Below, one piece after another: positions 18,979-27,067 of a stretch of 27,880 bases of DNA. The notes beneath the pieces are model-generated. The model was not told where the DNA came from, searched no databases, and worked only from the letters and a program-made list of their open reading frames with translations. Each line of letters begins with the position of its first letter. Position 1 is the first letter of the stretch. Origin of the DNA: an uncultured archaeon (GTDB lineage: Archaea; Asgardarchaeota; Lokiarchaeia; Sigyniarchaeales; SOKP01); contig CAYUTF010000038.1 of the NCBI GenBank assembly GCA_964447495.1, positions 1-27,880 on the forward strand, in the 5' to 3' direction. The translations under genes and the position numbers were made by a program.

Positions 18979-19194
18979 TTTTTATTCTTCAAATTTTGAG
19001 ATCATAACTAATTACAAAATTAATCATTACTACAGATTAAGTTTTCATGCTAATTATTTATTTCATTAATATTGTGATTATAACTTCATTTTACTCATTA
19101 TAAAAAATATTTATATAGGTTTAACATGAAATTATAATTTACTTTAGGTTAATTAATTGAGATCGCTTAGATTTGATGCTACTTAAAAATCAAT

Positions 19195-19210
19195 GAAAAA
19201 CTATTTAAAG
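19195..19210 (+). promoter_or_regulatory. Candidate archaeal BRE/TATA promoter for the his leader transcript
   Basis: GAAAAACTATTTAAAG: purine-rich BRE-like run followed by TTTAAA. Weak, because the region is very AT-rich. Confidence 0.3.
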
Positions 19211-19292
19211 CAACTATACTAATTTACATTAAATAATATAAGGGATAAAAACCCTTTAGTTAAGAATATCTTAAAAAACTAGTGAAAAAATT

Positions 19293-19457
19293 TTGATTAA
19301 TAGAAAAATTTCAAAATTAAATGGAATTTACTATTATTTTAGATATTCTTTACATTATAGTTGTAATAACTATAATTGTTTTCGGACTTATGATGCTGGT
19401 GTAAACTTTTTAAAAGAAGATAATCACCATTTGCATCATTGCCTAAGAAATGAGTAG
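19293..19457 (+). CDS. Putative His-rich leader peptide (uORF, 54 aa) upstream of the his operon
   Basis: TTG at 19293 with GTGA 7 nt upstream. Reads (M)INRKISKLNGIYYYFRYSLHYSCNNYNCFRTYDAGVNFLKEDNHHLHHCLRNE*, with His codons CAC CAT TTG CAT CAT at 19425-19439. Confidence 0.4.
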   Translation: MINRKISKLNGIYYYFRYSLHYSCNNYNCFRTYDAGVNFLKEDNHHLHHCLRNE

Positions 19458-19497
19458 TTTCAGTTAACTATTTCTTGTTTAATGACAATAGGATGAT
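19390..19497 (+). promoter_or_regulatory. Attenuator-like leader RNA with mutually exclusive hairpins and a U-tract
   Basis: ATGATGCTGGTG (19390-19401) pairs with CACCA-ttt-GCATCAT (19425-19439). ATCAT-tg-CCTA (19435-19445) alternatively pairs with TAGGATGAT (19489-19497). AAGAAA-tgag-TAGTT (19445-19459) pairs with AACTATTTCTT (19466-19476). U-tract TTTCTTGTTT at 19471-19480. Confidence 0.4.
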
Positions 19498-19543
19498 TGG
19501 AACTCGACTTTATAAATATTAATTCAATTTTGAGGTTATATAT

Positions 19544-20707
19544 ATGATATTATTGGAGGTGGATATAAATTATGTTGAGAAGGTGTGCAAGATTTCAGAT
19601 TTTTTTGAGAAAGTTGTATTAGAGAGAAATTGGGATACTTTTATCACTATAATATTAGATGGAAATAAAGAGAGCATCGTTAATATAATTCAAAACCAAT
19701 TTCTTAAAAAGATTTGCAGAAAAGTTAATATATGGGTGAGTTTAATTCCAGAAACTTATCCTTTTGCGAAAGAATTATTACAAAGCGGTGTAAAAATGAT
19801 AATTTTCAATTCAGGTTTTCAGTTTAACCAATTAGATGAAATCCCTAAAGCCCGTAAAATATGTTTAATTGAAGATTTAAATGATATACTTCGAAATAAT
19901 TATTCAGATATTATAGGAACTTATTCAAAAGTCATTCTTAATATAAATGATACTACTTTTTTGGAAAAAGGAATTCAATCCATGATTTTTAAATTACGTT
20001 CAAATATATCCATGCCTATTATTCTAGCTTTTCGTGATATCTATCCATATTTTTCGAGTATTGCTTCAAATGGAGCAGATATTTTAATTTACTTTGATTT
20101 TAAGCTGAAACTGTCACTAATAGATACATTATTGGTAAATATATTGGATTTTAAAAAAGTTAATGGGTTAATACCAACAATTGTTCAAGATCAATATAAT
20201 AATATCCTCATGCTGGCATATTCATCAAGGGAATCTCTTACAAGAACACTTGAAACCAGAGAAGCAACGTACTATAGTAGGTCACGAAAAACGATTTGGA
20301 TAAAAGGTGAACAATCAGGCAACTATCAGGATGTTGTAAGAGTTTATTATGATTGTGATGCTGATTCGTTAATATTTAAAGTAAAGCAAACCAATTTTGC
20401 GTGTCATACTGGGGCTTATTCATGTTTTAATGATTCAAGTTTTTCGTTTGGGTTCCTTTATGATATAATCATCGATCGTATTCGGAATTCTTCGAAATCC
20501 GAATCATATACAAAGAAATTAGTAGAAAATCCCGAATTATTACTTTCCAAAATTGAAGAAGAAAGTCTTGAAGTAATTAATTACAAGGATTATGAGAATT
20601 TGATTTGGGAAATTGCAGATTTAATGTATTTTTTGCTTGTGCTAATGGCATCGAAAGAGATCTTTCCTAACGATATTCTTAATGAATTATGGAGGCGTAA
20701 CAAGTGA
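19544..20707 (+). CDS. hisIE: Bifunctional phosphoribosyl-AMP cyclohydrolase / phosphoribosyl-ATP pyrophosphatase with ~200-aa degenerate HisA/HisF-like N-terminal domain
   Basis: HisI: GLIPTIVQD, ILMLAY, YYSRSRKTIWIKGEQSGN, DCDADSL, ACHTGAYSCF. HisE: SYTKKL, KIEEESLEV, WEIADLMYFLLV. Confidence 0.92.
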   Translation: MILLEVDINYVEKVCKISDFFEKVVLERNWDTFITIILDGNKESIVNIIQNQFLKKICRKVNIWVSLIPETYPFAKELLQSGVKMIIFNSGFQFNQLDEIPKARKICLIEDLNDILRNNYSDIIGTYSKVILNINDTTFLEKGIQSMIFKLRSNISMPIILAFRDIYPYFSSIASNGADILIYFDFKLKLSLIDTLLVNILDFKKVNGLIPTIVQDQYNNILMLAYSSRESLTRTLETREATYYSRSRKTIWIKGEQSGNYQDVVRVYYDCDADSLIFKVKQTNFACHTGAYSCFNDSSFSFGFLYDIIIDRIRNSSKSESYTKKLVENPELLLSKIEEESLEVINYKDYENLIWEIADLMYFLLVLMASKEIFPNDILNELWRRNK

Positions 20708-21714
20708 ACGAAGAATTACATGGTTCTGTTTCAACTTATAGATCAAGACCAATCAGACTAGCTATCCCTTCAAAGGGAAGGATGGAATTAGAAACTCAAG
20801 ATTTTTTAAAGGCTTGTGGATTTAATTTACGAAGAAATAATAGACAATATATTGGATATATTCAAGGTCCCTGTAATATTCAGTTAGTATATCAACGTCA
20901 ATTAGATATTATTCGTGGGATTTTAAATGGTACATTGGAGTTAGGAATCGTAGGTTATGATTTAGTTTTAGAACATTCTCCTGCAGAGGAAAATGATTTG
21001 ATTGTTATTTTAGATGCATTAAATTATGGTATTTGTAACCTTGAAATAGCTATACCTGAAGAGTGGAAAGAAAACTCATTACAAGATATTAAGGAAAGAA
21101 AAAAAGAAAAGATCAGAGTTGCAACAAAATTCCCAAAACTTACTAAAGAATTCTTGGATAAAGTAGATATTCCATACAAAATTGTTGAAGGAAATGGTTC
21201 TATCGAAGTCTATCCTGAACTTGGTCATAGCGATATTATAGTTGATCTTGTATCCACTGGTCAGACATTGAAGGATAATCGGTTGAAAAAAATTAAAAAT
21301 GGATGCATAATGAAGTCAGAGGCCGTTTTAATAGGTAATCGCACGGCTTTAAGAAACGCAACGGTTCTCAAGATCACAAGAGAATTAATTGAGTATTTTG
21401 AGGCTAGTTTAAGAGCTGAAAAATTTGTTTCTGTTTTTGCAAACATGCGAGGAGAGAATAAAAAGCAAATAATGAATGCAATTTACGCAAAAAAAGGTCT
21501 TGAAGGCCTTCAAGGACCAACCATATCACCAATTTTAACAAAAAGTGGAGAGAAAATGTATGCAATCCATGTTATTGTTGAAAAAAGTAAATTATATCAA
21601 GCACTAAATAATTTACGTGCCATAGGAGGAAGTGGTGTGGTAGTAGCACCTACACTTTACATTTTTGAAGAGGAACCATTGAAATTTAAAGAATTACTAA
21701 AAAAATTGGGGTAA
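20704..21714 (+). CDS. hisG: ATP phosphoribosyltransferase, long form
   Basis: RLAIPSKGRM, LGIVGYD, RVATKFP, GSIEVYP, DIIVDLVSTGQTLKDNRL, C-terminal regulatory domain GLQGPTISP. GTG start overlaps the hisIE stop (GTGA). Confidence 0.95.
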   Translation: MNEELHGSVSTYRSRPIRLAIPSKGRMELETQDFLKACGFNLRRNNRQYIGYIQGPCNIQLVYQRQLDIIRGILNGTLELGIVGYDLVLEHSPAEENDLIVILDALNYGICNLEIAIPEEWKENSLQDIKERKKEKIRVATKFPKLTKEFLDKVDIPYKIVEGNGSIEVYPELGHSDIIVDLVSTGQTLKDNRLKKIKNGCIMKSEAVLIGNRTALRNATVLKITRELIEYFEASLRAEKFVSVFANMRGENKKQIMNAIYAKKGLEGLQGPTISPILTKSGEKMYAIHVIVEKSKLYQALNNLRAIGGSGVVVAPTLYIFEEEPLKFKELLKKLG

Positions 21715-21717
21715 AAA

Positions 21718-23088
21718 ATGCTCAAAATATATTCTTTAGAAGAGGCTAGAAAATCGATTTTAAAGCGGGATTCGTTATTATCTGAAGATATACCATTACC
21801 AATCAAAAATGCGATAACGATGGTTTTTGGGAAAAATCTCACGCCTTTAGAAGTCGTCAAGTTAATTATTGAAGATGTCAAAAAGAGAAAAGATCAAGCA
21901 CTAACAGATTGGACAAGCAAGTTAGATAACGCAGTGTTAACCCAATTTGAGTTTTTCGAAGAAAATTTAGATATTTATCTTACACTAATTGACCCAAAAT
22001 TACGAAGGGCTATGGAAATAGCTCGTGATAGAATTTTAGCTTTTCATCAAGCGCAACCTATTATCAATTGGATGCGATATGATCTTGGTGGAAATTTAGG
22101 ACAAAAAATTACTCCAATTGAAAAAGTTGGAATTTACATACCTGGAGGTAAAACTCCGTTATTTTCTTCAATATTGATGTCTGCGATTCCTGCAATCGTC
22201 GCGGGAACAAAAGAGATAACATTTACAACGCCTCCTGACGCTAAAGGGGAATTATGCCCCGAAATTTTAGCGGCTTGCAGTTTAATAAAAAATTTTAACG
22301 TAACTATAAGATTATTTAAGTTAGGGGGAGTTCAAGCGATTGCAGCATTAGCTTATGGGACGGATCAAGTCCCAAAGGTGGATAAAATTGTGGGTCCAGG
22401 TAATATTTTTGTGAATTTGGCAAAAAAAGAGGTCTATGGAAAGGTTGGCATAGATGGAATATATGGTCCTACAGAAGCTTTAATTATTGCAGATGAATCT
22501 GCAAATCCTAGTTTTATTGCTTCAGATCTTTTAGCTCAAGCTGAACATGATTATTTTGCAATTCCTATTTTATTAACCCATGACAAATCTTTAATTTTAC
22601 GTGTTCAAGAGGAACTTAATAGACAATTTGAGCTGCTTGAAAGAAAGACAATAATAAAGTCCGCTTTAGAATATAAGGGAGGAATAATTTTTACAAACTC
22701 TTTAAGTCAGTCAATCGAAGTTTCAAATGAATTTGCCCCTGAACATTTATCTTTGATGATTAGAAATCCTTGGGAAATATTAAACAAAATCAGAAATGCA
22801 GGAGGTATTTTTGTTGGCGAGAATTCATATGAAGTATTAGGTGATTATATTGCGGGACCCAGTCATATTATGCCTACGAGTGGGTCAGCTCGATTTTCAT
22901 CGCCTTTATCAGTTAATGATTTTATAAAAATAACCAATATTGTCTCCTTAAATGATTCTGATGCTCAATTTTTATCTGAGTTTGCGGAAATATTTGGAAA
23001 AAGTGAAGGCCTGACAGCACATTCTAATGCAGTTAATCAAAGGCGGATATATTATAATTTAAAATTAAAACTACAAGAGGAGGATTAA
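21718..23088 (+). CDS. hisD: Histidinol dehydrogenase
   Basis: VGIYIPGG, GGVQAIAALAYGT, KIVGPGNIFV, GPTE, DLLAQAEHD, APEHL, GDYIAGPSHIMPT, EGLTAH. Confidence 0.96.
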   Translation: MLKIYSLEEARKSILKRDSLLSEDIPLPIKNAITMVFGKNLTPLEVVKLIIEDVKKRKDQALTDWTSKLDNAVLTQFEFFEENLDIYLTLIDPKLRRAMEIARDRILAFHQAQPIINWMRYDLGGNLGQKITPIEKVGIYIPGGKTPLFSSILMSAIPAIVAGTKEITFTTPPDAKGELCPEILAACSLIKNFNVTIRLFKLGGVQAIAALAYGTDQVPKVDKIVGPGNIFVNLAKKEVYGKVGIDGIYGPTEALIIADESANPSFIASDLLAQAEHDYFAIPILLTHDKSLILRVQEELNRQFELLERKTIIKSALEYKGGIIFTNSLSQSIEVSNEFAPEHLSLMIRNPWEILNKIRNAGGIFVGENSYEVLGDYIAGPSHIMPTSGSARFSSPLSVNDFIKITNIVSLNDSDAQFLSEFAEIFGKSEGLTAHSNAVNQRRIYYNLKLKLQEED

Positions 23089-23089
23089 T

Positions 23090-24229
23090 TTGAATAGATC
23101 AGAAAGTATATGTCCAACTCAAAATATAAAAAAGATAATTGAAAGTGGAGCATATATACAAAAGCTAGCAAATTATACAATAGATAATTTATCAGATGAG
23201 AGTATCAGATATTTAGATAAAAATGAAAATCCATTTGAGACACCAATAAGTGATTTCTCAACTTCAGAAATATTACAAGATTTAAGAAGATATCCTGACC
23301 CCTATTGCAACACTCTTCTGAATTCTATCTCTAAAGTTATAGATATTCCCAGCTGCTATTTATTATCCGGTAACGGTTCAGATGAATTGATTGATATGAT
23401 TATTAGAGCATATAGTGAAGAAAATGATACAATTTTGAGTGTATCTCCATCATTTACGATGTATAAAATATATGCTCAAATTAATAGAACATCATTTATT
23501 TCAGTTCCTTTAAAATTAAAGCTAATTCACTCCAAACGAATTGCGATATACGATTTAGATGAAGAAGAGTTTTTAAGAATTGCTAAGTTAGCGAAAATAA
23601 TTATTTTAGCTAGGCCAAACAATCCAGATGGGAATGTTTTGAGGTTAAGTTTTATAGAAGAACTCCTAAAGTTAAATAAGTTGACAATTATTGATGAAGC
23701 ATATATTGAATTTAGTAATGAACCTTCTCTGGTTAGTTTAGTAAAGAAAAATGAGAATCTAATTGTATTAAGAACTTTTAGTAAAGCATATGGATTAGCA
23801 GGATTACGATTGGGTTATGGAGTAATGAACCCTTCAATAAAAGATGTATTAATTCAAATTAAAAGCCCTTTCAATGTAAATAGATTAGCTTCCAAATTTG
23901 GAATTAAGATACTTAAATCTCAAAAAGCAGTTATTGAAAATATAGAAAAAATCAAAATTATTAGGGATGAATTTTTCAAGAATTTGATTCAGAATCAGGA
24001 TATTAACCAAAATTATCTAGTTCATCCAAGTGAGGGAATTTTTGTGTTAATTAGATTTATGAATACAGAAATAGCTAAATCCATTTATGAGTATCTATTA
24101 AAGAATAAAATAAAAGTTCGAAAGTATGAAGAAACCGAACTTTCTTCATGTCTACGAATTTCCATAGGGCTTCAATCTGATATGAATGAAGTTCTCTATA
24201 AACTAAATTCATTTTTTAAGGTGATATAA
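23090..24229 (+). CDS. hisC: Histidinol-phosphate aminotransferase
   Basis: LDKNENP, RYPDP, GNGSDELI, PNNPDG, DEAYIEF, PLP-lysine motif RTFSKAYGLAGLRLGY, LRISIG. TTG start after GAGGAGG. Confidence 0.93.
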   Translation: MNRSESICPTQNIKKIIESGAYIQKLANYTIDNLSDESIRYLDKNENPFETPISDFSTSEILQDLRRYPDPYCNTLLNSISKVIDIPSCYLLSGNGSDELIDMIIRAYSEENDTILSVSPSFTMYKIYAQINRTSFISVPLKLKLIHSKRIAIYDLDEEEFLRIAKLAKIIILARPNNPDGNVLRLSFIEELLKLNKLTIIDEAYIEFSNEPSLVSLVKKNENLIVLRTFSKAYGLAGLRLGYGVMNPSIKDVLIQIKSPFNVNRLASKFGIKILKSQKAVIENIEKIKIIRDEFFKNLIQNQDINQNYLVHPSEGIFVLIRFMNTEIAKSIYEYLLKNKIKVRKYEETELSSCLRISIGLQSDMNEVLYKLNSFFKVI

Positions 24230-24230
24230 T

Positions 24231-24848
24231 ATGGAAAGTGAGATGGAACGAAAAATAGAATTAGAACGGAAAACTAATGAAACAAACATTCATATTAAAT
24301 TAAATATTGATGGGAAAGGAAATACGAATATTGATACAAAACTTAAATTTTTTGATCATTTACTAACTCAAATTGCGATTCATGGTTCTTTTGACTTAGA
24401 AATAAAAGCAGTTGGCGATTTAGACGTAGATACTCATCATCTTATCGAAGATACCGCAATTATCTTAGGAAAAGCCTTTAGAAAAGCTCTAGGCAAAAAT
24501 GTTGGAATAAATCGAGTTGGGCACTGTTATTTTCCTATGGATGACGTACTAGCATTCGTTGCTATTGATATCTCATCAAGACCTTTCTTTGTTCAGGAAA
24601 TAAAATGGGTCAATCCTTTTTTAGGATCGTGCGAAGAAAATATAATCCCTGTTGATTTAATAGAACACTTCTTATATTCTTTCACAATTAATGCTCAAAT
24701 TACGGCCCATATAAAGCTTATTTCAGGCAAGAATAATCATCACATTGCTGAAGGAATTTTTAAAGCATTTGGAAGAGCTTTAGATCATGCTTCAAGATAT
24801 GATAACAAAAGGAGGGATATAATACCATCGAGTAAGGGAATATTATAA
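24231..24848 (+). CDS. hisB: Imidazoleglycerol-phosphate dehydratase (monofunctional)
   Basis: RKTNET, FFDHLL, GDLDVDTHHLIED, PMDD, NNHHIAEGIFKAFGRAL, PSSKG. No N-terminal phosphatase domain. Confidence 0.95.
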   Translation: MESEMERKIELERKTNETNIHIKLNIDGKGNTNIDTKLKFFDHLLTQIAIHGSFDLEIKAVGDLDVDTHHLIEDTAIILGKAFRKALGKNVGINRVGHCYFPMDDVLAFVAIDISSRPFFVQEIKWVNPFLGSCEENIIPVDLIEHFLYSFTINAQITAHIKLISGKNNHHIAEGIFKAFGRALDHASRYDNKRRDIIPSSKGIL

Positions 24849-24861
24849 AAGGTGAATTAGG

Positions 24862-25461
24862 ATGATAACAATCGTTGATTATGGTACTGGTAATCTCCGC
24901 TCAATTCAAAAGAGTCTAGAGCGATTTTATCCAAAAGTTGAAATTACAAAAGAGTTAGCATTAATTAAAAAAGCAAGTGGGATTATACTTCCAGGAGTAG
25001 GGGCATTTGGGGATGCTATTGAAGAAATTCAAGAAATGGGGTTATTTAATTTCTTAAAAGCGAGTATTGGTAAAATTCCTACTTTAGGAATATGTTTAGG
25101 TATGCAATTAATGTTTTCAACTTCAGAAGAGTCATTAAATACTGATGGCCTTGATATCATTTCTGGAAACGTATTAAAATTAAACAATATGAATTCTGTA
25201 CGAATTCCTCATACAGGATGGAATCGTTTGATCCCTGTTTCAAAACCAATTGTTACGGGGTATGCATATTTCAATCATTCATATTATTGTATACCAAATG
25301 ATATCAATGTAATTAATAGTTACGTTCTACACGGTAAATATATTCCATCCATCATCAAAAAAGGAAATATTTTAGGAACGCAGTTCCATCCCGAGAAAAG
25401 TAAAGAAGCAGGAAATACTATATTTAATTACTTTCTTTCTATAGTAAAGAGTAAAAATTAA
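24862..25461 (+). CDS. hisH: Imidazole glycerol phosphate synthase, glutaminase subunit
   Basis: DYGTGNLRS, LPGVGAF, GICLGMQ (catalytic Cys), PHTGWN, YFNHSY, QFHPEKS (His/Glu). Confidence 0.95.
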   Translation: MITIVDYGTGNLRSIQKSLERFYPKVEITKELALIKKASGIILPGVGAFGDAIEEIQEMGLFNFLKASIGKIPTLGICLGMQLMFSTSEESLNTDGLDIISGNVLKLNNMNSVRIPHTGWNRLIPVSKPIVTGYAYFNHSYYCIPNDINVINSYVLHGKYIPSIIKKGNILGTQFHPEKSKEAGNTIFNYFLSIVKSKN

Positions 25462-25462
25462 A

Positions 25463-26965
25463 ATGAAAAAGATTATACCAGCAATAGACCTTTATAATGG
25501 TCAAGTTGTAAGATTGTATCAAGGAAGTTTTCACAAAATTAAATCTTATTCCAACGACCCAATTAAAATTGTTGAAAACTTTCTAAAGCAAGGTATCAAT
25601 TACTTACATCTGGTAAACCTAAATGGAGCAAAATTAGGAGAATTTGAGAAGAGTCCTAATTATGATATCATTTTAGCACTTATTGAATCTTGCAAGAAAT
25701 GGGGTTGTAAAATTCAAGTGGGAGGGGGTATTAGAAAAGAAAAAACAATCAAGGAGCTCTTGGGGAAAGGTGCTGATAAAGTTATACTTGGCACGCTCCC
25801 TATTGAAAATCAGAATTTATTAAATTCTTTAATTCAAAAATATAAAAATGAGATTCTCGTAGCTTTAGATGTATTAAATAATAATATAATGATAAAAGGT
25901 TGGCAAAATAACACGAGTATTAACTTATTTTCAATATTGAAAAGATTAGAAAAGATTGGAATCTCACATTTTATAATTACGGATATTTCTCGTGATGGCA
26001 CGGCTTCGGGTCCAAATTTTAACTTATATAAAGAACTTTCCATTTTGAAAAAAGAACAAACAGAAATAATAGCATCTGGAGGAATTAGAACAAGTAAGGA
26101 TATTGATAAAATATTAACATATTCGAATGGGATAATTATTGGAAAAGCGTTATATTCAAATAAGATAGCTAGAATGGAATTATGTTCTTTAAATATAAAA
26201 TATAATCCAACTAATTTAACTAAGCGAATAATTCCCTGTCTTGATGTTAAAGACGGAAGGGTAGTTAAGGGGATCAACTTTAAAGATCTAAGAGATAGTG
26301 GAGATCCAGTAGAACTTGCTAAATTTTATGATGATGAGGGAGCAGATGAATTAATCTTTTTAGATATTTCAGCAACTTTAGAAGAGCGCCAGACTATGCT
26401 AAAAACATTAAGTTCTATAGCAGAAGCCATAAATATACCCTTTTCTGTTGGAGGAGGAATAAAAAGTCTTGATGAAATGGTTCAGATTATAAAATCAGGA
26501 GCAGAAAAGGTAAGTATAAATACTGCTGCTGTTAAGAATCCTTCGATTATAAATAATGGTGCCCAAAAATTAGGGTCACAGAGTATTATAGTCGCTATTG
26601 ATGCAAAAAGAACAGATACAAATTGGGAAGTCTATAGCAAATCAGGGACGGAGCCAACCGGTTTAGATGTATTAAATTGGACAAAGGAAGTTGTAAGGAG
26701 GGGGGCAGGAGAGATTCTTCTTACAAGTATGGATAAAGATGGGACGAAAACAGGATACGACTTAGATCTAATTAAAATACTGTCGAATGAAGTTAGTGTT
26801 CCTATTATCGCATCAGGAGGAGCTGGAAATTTTGACCATTTCCTTCAAGCGATTAATGTAGGCGCCGAAGCAGTTTTAGCGGCCTCCTTATTTCATGATC
26901 GTATCATGTCGATTAAAGACTTAAAAAATTATCTCAAAAAACAAGATATTGAAATACGAATCTAA
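25463..26965 (+). CDS. hisA-hisF: Fused HisA (ProFAR isomerase, aa 1-~245) and HisF (ImGP synthase cyclase, aa ~251-500)
   Basis: HisA half: IIPAIDL..GQVVRLYQG, IQVGGGIR, VALD, KGW, TDISRDGT, ASGGI, IGKALY. HisF half: LTKRIIPCLDVKDGRVVKGINF, GADELIFLDISA, VGGGI, KVSINTAA, VAIDAK, LTSMDKDGTKTGYD, IASGGAG, LAASLFH. No stop at the junction. Confidence 0.93.
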   Translation: MKKIIPAIDLYNGQVVRLYQGSFHKIKSYSNDPIKIVENFLKQGINYLHLVNLNGAKLGEFEKSPNYDIILALIESCKKWGCKIQVGGGIRKEKTIKELLGKGADKVILGTLPIENQNLLNSLIQKYKNEILVALDVLNNNIMIKGWQNNTSINLFSILKRLEKIGISHFIITDISRDGTASGPNFNLYKELSILKKEQTEIIASGGIRTSKDIDKILTYSNGIIIGKALYSNKIARMELCSLNIKYNPTNLTKRIIPCLDVKDGRVVKGINFKDLRDSGDPVELAKFYDDEGADELIFLDISATLEERQTMLKTLSSIAEAINIPFSVGGGIKSLDEMVQIIKSGAEKVSINTAAVKNPSIINNGAQKLGSQSIIVAIDAKRTDTNWEVYSKSGTEPTGLDVLNWTKEVVRRGAGEILLTSMDKDGTKTGYDLDLIKILSNEVSVPIIASGGAGNFDHFLQAINVGAEAVLAASLFHDRIMSIKDLKNYLKKQDIEIRI

Positions 26966-27067
26966 AGAAAAAATTTAGGAAATTTTTTTTTTTAAGAAAG
27001 AGAACTCTCCAACCAAAGGCAGCTTAACAACAAGTAAATTGCGCTAATAAATTTATTACATAAACCA

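Noticed and set aside
18979-19543. T-box, tRNA or CRISPR array in the long lysR-his intergenic region
   Set aside because: No T-box consensus, no tRNA cloverleaf or GTTCGA arm, and no regularly spaced direct repeats were seen.
16763-26277. ORFs 16763-17029, 21261-21446, 21657-21881, 25834-26277
   Set aside because: Antisense shadows of the membrane protein gene and the his genes.
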